64,000 nt of DNA, taken from contig OZ253462.1 of NCBI GenBank assembly GCA_965261395.1, forward strand, positions 1,376,001-1,440,000, read 5' to 3'. Source of the stretch: Candidatus Latescibacterota bacterium. GTDB lineage: Bacteria; Latescibacterota; UBA2968; UBA8231. The position numbers were made by a program, and so were the translations under genes. A model generated the notes under the pieces. It worked only from the letters and a program-made list of their open reading frames with translations, did not search any database and was not told the DNA's origin. Of this stretch, positions 60,819-64,000 are shown piece by piece. Position 1 is the first letter of the stretch; every line of letters begins with the position of its first letter.

Positions 60819-63191
60819 ATGGGAGTCATAGGACAATCCGTCAGGCGCGTCGAAGATCAGCGCTTTATCACCGGCAAGGGCCGCTACACCGATGACATTG
60901 CCCTGCCCAACTCGACTTTTGCGGTGCTCGTGCGCAGCCCGCATGCCCACGCCGCGATCAAGGGCGTCGATACGACGGCCGCAGCCTCAGCCCCTGGCGT
61001 GGTCGCCGTCTTTACGGGTGCCGACCTCGAAGCCGCTGGCGTCGGCGGCCTGCCCTGCGGCTGGCAGGTAGATTTCAAAAATGGCGACACCATGAAGGAG
61101 CCGGCCCATCCAGTGCTGGCTGCAACCAAGGTGCGCCACGTTGGCGACCCAGTCGCCATCGTCTTGGCCGAGAGCCGCGAGCAAGCCACGGACGCCGCCG
61201 AATTGGTGACCGTGGAGTACGAGGTCTTGGACGCGGTCGTCGCGGCAACCCAAGCGATAGAAGAGGGCGCGCCGCAGTTGTTCGACGAAGTGCCCAACAA
61301 CACGTCCTTCGACTGGGAGCTTGGCGATCAAGCGGCCACGGACGCCGCCTTGGCCAGCGCCGCGCACGTCACCACCTTGGAGTTCGACAATCAGCGGCTC
61401 ATCCCCAACGCGATTGAGCCGCGCTGCGCCATTGGCGATTACGACGACGCGCGCGACCACTACACGCTCTACACCTCGTCGCAGAATCCCCACGTCATCC
61501 GCCTGCTGATGACGGCGTTTGTGCTGAATCTGCCCGAGCACAAGGTGCGCGTGGTGTCGCCGGATGTCGGCGGCGGCTTTGGCTCCAAAATTTTTCACTA
61601 TGCCGAAGAAGTCCTCGTCACGTGGTGCTCGCGCCAGATTGGCCGTCCGGTCAAGTGGACCGCCAGCCGCAGCGAGGCATTCCTCACCGACGCCCACGGC
61701 CGCGATCACCACACCAAGGTCGAACTCGGCCTCGACGCCGACGGGAATTTCGTCGGCCTGCGGGTCAAAACCGTCGCCAACCTCGGCGCGTACCTCTCGA
61801 CTTTCGCGCCCTGTGTGCCCACGTATCTCTACGGCACGCTCTTGCAGGGGCTGTACACGACCCCAGCGGTCCACGTGGATGTCACTGGTGTCTTCACCAA
61901 CACCACCCCGGTTGACGCCCTGCGCGGCGCGGGTCGCCCCGAGGCCACGTACGTCCTCGAGCGTACGGTTGAGCAGGCCGCCTTGGAGACGGGCCGCGAC
62001 CCGGCCCAACTGCGGCGCAAAAACTTCATCCCAGCCTTTGACGGCGTCGAGCAGGAAGGCTATCAGACCCAAGTGGCCCTGCAATACGACAGCGGCAACT
62101 ACGGGCCCGTACTCGAAAAAGCCCTCGCGGCCGTTGGCTACGACGAACTGCGCGCCGAGCAGGCAAGGGCCCGCGCCGCCGGCAATAGCCGCCATATCGG
62201 CATTGGCTTTTCGACCTATATCGAAGCCTGCGGCATTGCGCCCTCGGCCGTGGCCGGCGCATTGGGTGCGCGCGCCGGCCTCTATGAGAGCGCGGGCGTC
62301 CGCGTCCAGCCCACCGGCAAAGTCACTGTCTTCACCGGCAGTCACTCGCACGGGCAGGGCCACGAGACGACCTTCGCCCAGGTGGTGGCCGACGGATTGG
62401 GCGTGGGGATCGAAGACGTGGACATCATTCACGGCGACACTGAGTCCGTGCCCTTTGGCATGGGCACGTATGGCTCGCGCTCGCTAGCCGTAGGTGGCAC
62501 GGCCATTGTCAAGAGCATGGACAAGATCAAGGAGAAGGGGGCCAAGATTGCCGCCCATTTGCTCGAAGCCGCGGAGGAGGACCTCGAATTCGCCGAGGGC
62601 AGTTGGACGGTCAAGGGCACAGATCAGTCGATCTCTTTTCCGGAGGTCTCGCTAGCGGCGTACGTGCCGCACAATTTTCCCGAGGGGCTGGAGCCGGGGC
62701 TGGAGTTTACCAGCTTCTACGATCCGGCCAATTTTACCTTTCCCTTCGGTGCCCACATAGCAGTAGTGGAAGTGGATGCCGAGACCGGCGTAGTCGCCGT
62801 GCGGCGCTACGTCGCCGTTGACGACGTGGGCAATATCGTCAATCCCATGATCGTCGAAGGCCAAGTCCACGGCGGCATTACGCACGGCATTGGCCAAGCC
62901 CTGTTTGAGGAGGCCGTGTACGACGACAGCGGCCAGCTCATTTCTGGCTCGTATATGGACTACGTCCTGCCGCGCGCCGACGACCTGCCTTCCTTTGAAA
63001 CCGACCACACTGTCACGCCCTGCCCGCACAATCCTCTCGGCGTCAAGGGTGCTGGCGAGACCGGCACGATTGGCTCGCCGCCGGCCATTGTCAACGCCGT
63101 GATCGATGCCCTGTGGCCTTTGGGCGTGCGCGATCTTGCGATGCCGCTGACGCCGCAGAAGGTGTGGCAGGCCATCCAGCAAGTCAGCTAA
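60819..63191 (+). CDS. coxL: xanthine dehydrogenase family molybdopterin-binding large subunit (form II CoxL-like)
   Basis: [40 protein letters not shown]. Confidence 0.9.
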   Translation: MGVIGQSVRRVEDQRFITGKGRYTDDIALPNSTFAVLVRSPHAHAAIKGVDTTAAASAPGVVAVFTGADLEAAGVGGLPCGWQVDFKNGDTMKEPAHPVLAATKVRHVGDPVAIVLAESREQATDAAELVTVEYEVLDAVVAATQAIEEGAPQLFDEVPNNTSFDWELGDQAATDAALASAAHVTTLEFDNQRLIPNAIEPRCAIGDYDDARDHYTLYTSSQNPHVIRLLMTAFVLNLPEHKVRVVSPDVGGGFGSKIFHYAEEVLVTWCSRQIGRPVKWTASRSEAFLTDAHGRDHHTKVELGLDADGNFVGLRVKTVANLGAYLSTFAPCVPTYLYGTLLQGLYTTPAVHVDVTGVFTNTTPVDALRGAGRPEATYVLERTVEQAALETGRDPAQLRRKNFIPAFDGVEQEGYQTQVALQYDSGNYGPVLEKALAAVGYDELRAEQARARAAGNSRHIGIGFSTYIEACGIAPSAVAGALGARAGLYESAGVRVQPTGKVTVFTGSHSHGQGHETTFAQVVADGLGVGIEDVDIIHGDTESVPFGMGTYGSRSLAVGGTAIVKSMDKIKEKGAKIAAHLLEAAEEDLEFAEGSWTVKGTDQSISFPEVSLAAYVPHNFPEGLEPGLEFTSFYDPANFTFPFGAHIAVVEVDAETGVVAVRRYVAVDDVGNIVNPMIVEGQVHGGITHGIGQALFEEAVYDDSGQLISGSYMDYVLPRADDLPSFETDHTVTPCPHNPLGVKGAGETGTIGSPPAIVNAVIDALWPLGVRDLAMPLTPQKVWQAIQQVS

Positions 63192-63205
63192 GGAGAAGAC
63201 CGACC

Positions 63206-64000
63206 ATGATACCTGTCGCGTTTGACTATCATCGTCCCTCTTCAGTAGATGAGGCGATTGAGCTCCTCTCGGACGACGCCAAGCTCTTAGCTGGCGGTCA
63301 CAGCCTGTTGCCGGCCATGAAGCTGCGCCTGTCGGCACCGGGCGCGCTGATCGATATTGGTCGGCTCGCCGAGCTCAACTACATCAGAGAGGACGGCGGC
63401 ACCATTGCTATTGGTGCGACCACTACCCACCACCAGATCGAGTCCTCGGACTTGGTTAGTGCCAACGCCTCGGCCTTGGCCCAAGCCGCCTCGGTCATCG
63501 GCGATCCCCAGGTGCGCAACAAGGGCACCATTGGCGGCTCGCTGGCCCACTCCGACCCGGCGGCGGACTACCCGGCCGCGATTTTGGCATTGGGGGCCGA
63601 GATCGTCGTCAGGGGACCCGACGGCGAGCGTTCGATCCCGGCTGACGAGTTTTTCATTGATCTCTTTTTGACCGCACTCGCGCCGGACGAGATCATCACC
63701 GAGGTGCGAGTGCCGACCGCGGAAAAGTCGGCTTATGTCAAATTTCCGCATCCGGCCTCTCGCTTTGCCGTCGTCGGCTGCGCTGTCGCCTCGGCCGGTG
63801 GCGCGGTCAAGGTGGCCTTTACGGGCGTGGCCAATGCGGCCTTCCGCGATAGTGGGGTTGAAGCGGCCCTCAGTGGCGGCTTGAGCGAGGAATCGATCGC
63901 TGCTGCTGCCGCCCGGGCGGCCGACGGCCAGGATGTGCTCGCCGATCACTTTGCTGGCGAAGAGTACCGCCGCCACTTGGCCAAGGTTTTCGCCCGCAAG
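63206..64000 (+). CDS. coxM: FAD-binding medium subunit (CoxM), runs off window end
   Basis: Not in ORF track; ATG 63206 after AGGAG reads MIPVAFDYHRP...LAGGHSLLPAMKLRL...IGDPQVRNKGTIGGSLAHSDPAAD. Confidence 0.9.
   Translation, partial: MIPVAFDYHRPSSVDEAIELLSDDAKLLAGGHSLLPAMKLRLSAPGALIDIGRLAELNYIREDGGTIAIGATTTHHQIESSDLVSANASALAQAASVIGDPQVRNKGTIGGSLAHSDPAADYPAAILALGAEIVVRGPDGERSIPADEFFIDLFLTALAPDEIITEVRVPTAEKSAYVKFPHPASRFAVVGCAVASAGGAVKVAFTGVANAAFRDSGVEAALSGGLSEESIAAAAARAADGQDVLADHFAGEEYRRHLAKVFARK

Noticed and set aside
63287-63976. 229-aa minus-strand ORF and other long shadow ORFs (e.g. 24-1481, 60987-62432, 22041-23249)
   Set aside because: Antisense or alternate frames of well-supported genes in GC-rich DNA
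1-64000. tRNA-Sec or UGA-readthrough selenoproteins
   Set aside because: No cloverleaf seen in the intergenic gaps; split genes are frameshifts or IS insertions, not in-frame UGA

Overview
GC-rich bacterial DNA. The gene content (tandem FlgD-Ig/CHU_C secreted proteins, DUF6785-type membrane proteins, DUF4159, sulfatases, ankyrin and receptor-L/LRR proteins, form II cox cluster) resembles Latescibacterota/Gemmatimonadota-type, possibly sponge-associated, genomes; this is inference only. Contents in order: enolase-superfamily and TIM-barrel sugar genes; a creatininase-yciO-sppA-selA/dgaE-like operon divergent from selB; GNAT; eroded PEP-utiliser and CRTAC1-TPR genes; a decapitated TPR-lipoprotein-DUF4159-FlgT-like-exbB-exbD-exbD operon fused head-to-head with a decapitated DUF6785 gene; two secreted FlgD-Ig proteins; sulfatase; CocE; a GH4 gene split by an IS5/IS903-group element (9-bp TSD); a DASS transporter truncated by a second IS5; several hydrolases; an ankyrin/IS island; a trans-sulfuration enzyme; a FolC-ATP-grasp fusion next to moaA; two CTGA-ended MITEs with different REP-like cargo; and a coxDEF...mocA-coxGSLM molybdoenzyme cluster interrupted by VapBC, a penicillin acylase and AbiE. 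No rRNA, tRNA or CRISPR array was recognised. All assignments come from motif recognition without database searches.
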